NCBI GenBank assembly: GCA_964632485.1 | Contig: CAZWDO010000016.1 | Span: 62,001-89,674, forward strand | Origin: an uncultured bacterium | GTDB lineage: Bacteria; JAGOEH01 | Reading direction: 5' to 3' | DNA: 27,674 nt | In this document: one piece after another, positions 27,330 through 27,674 of the stretch | How positions within the stretch are numbered: the stretch's first letter is position 1 | Layout of the letters: each line of letters begins with the position of its first letter | Made by a program: the position numbers and the translations under genes | The notes under the pieces: model-generated | Seen by the model: only the letters and a program-made list of their open reading frames with translations | What the model was told of the DNA's origin: nothing | Databases searched by the model: none

Positions 27330-27561
27330 TCTTCTCTTTGTCTTTCTTCGCAGCGGCGCGGCTCCAGCCCGCTATCGATACTGTCTTTTACTGCCGATAT
27401 TTTCAAATTTTCACTTTCGCCTGCATTTTCGATAAAATAAATGATACATTAGTTGGTGGAAATCAATATTATTGTGTTTTGCTGGCAGATTCAATCCTTG
27501 TTTTTCTGGATTAGCTGTCAGGAGCTCAAAAGTCGATCGTGTTTAAAAAACCGGCCATGAT

Positions 27562-27674
27562 TTATTCATGATCGAACAGGCGCCAGTACCAGTGCGCTGG
27601 CTTTTTATTCCGTTTTTTGTCCGCGATCAGTTCCCCAAACGTCTTCTGTATCTCATTGAAACTCTCAATATCGT
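27562..27674 (-). CDS. Possible C-terminal end of a gene entering from the right edge, product unknown
   Basis: The minus-strand frame reads DIESFNEIQKTFGELIADKKRNKKPAHWYWRLFDHE-stop and is open to the window edge. Too short to classify. Confidence 0.4.
   Translation of the reverse strand, partial: DIESFNEIQKTFGELIADKKRNKKPAHWYWRLFDHE

Noticed and set aside
27216-27514. Two short plus-strand ORFs after the cyclase, and a possible CRISPR array
   Set aside because: The ORFs run through REP-like repeats and have no coding features. There are only two imperfect repeats with an ~18-nt spacer and no cas genes, so this is not CRISPR.

Overview
A 27.7 kb bacterial chromosomal window from a draft assembly, with a 10-N scaffold gap at 3348-3357. 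Near-consensus sigma70 promoters, Shine-Dalgarno sites and many D-(S/T)-hydrophobic motifs in secreted proteins suggest an FCB-group-related lineage (inference only). Contents in order: (1) a giant secreted repeat protein on the minus strand (>1900 aa, carboxypeptidase-regulatory-like, Ig-like and FN3-like repeats), split by the gap and running off the left edge; (2) a tight three-gene operon of a STAS protein fused to a probable acetolactate-decarboxylase-like metal domain, an ABC permease fused to three tandem substrate-binding domains, and an ABC ATPase; (3) a FabX/nitronate-monooxygenase-family flavoprotein with a coiled-coil tail; (4) a cytoplasmic PAS-PAS hybrid histidine kinase; (5) a CBM20-esterase; (6) a GT-C glycosyltransferase with TPRs; (7) a DUF3795 protein; (8) an NlpC/P60-like lipoprotein; (9) an AT-rich NERD-nuclease/SF1-helicase gene that lacks Walker A; (10) a PadR / HAAS membrane protein / ExbB-like operon with a perfect promoter overlapped by a 49-bp palindromic operator; (11) a beta-propeller/Y_Y_Y receptor adenylate cyclase, followed by two REP-like repeats. 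I saw no rRNA, tRNA, CRISPR array or transposase. The best candidates for undescribed systems are the STAS/triple-SBD ABC operon and the PadR-HAAS-ExbB-like operon.
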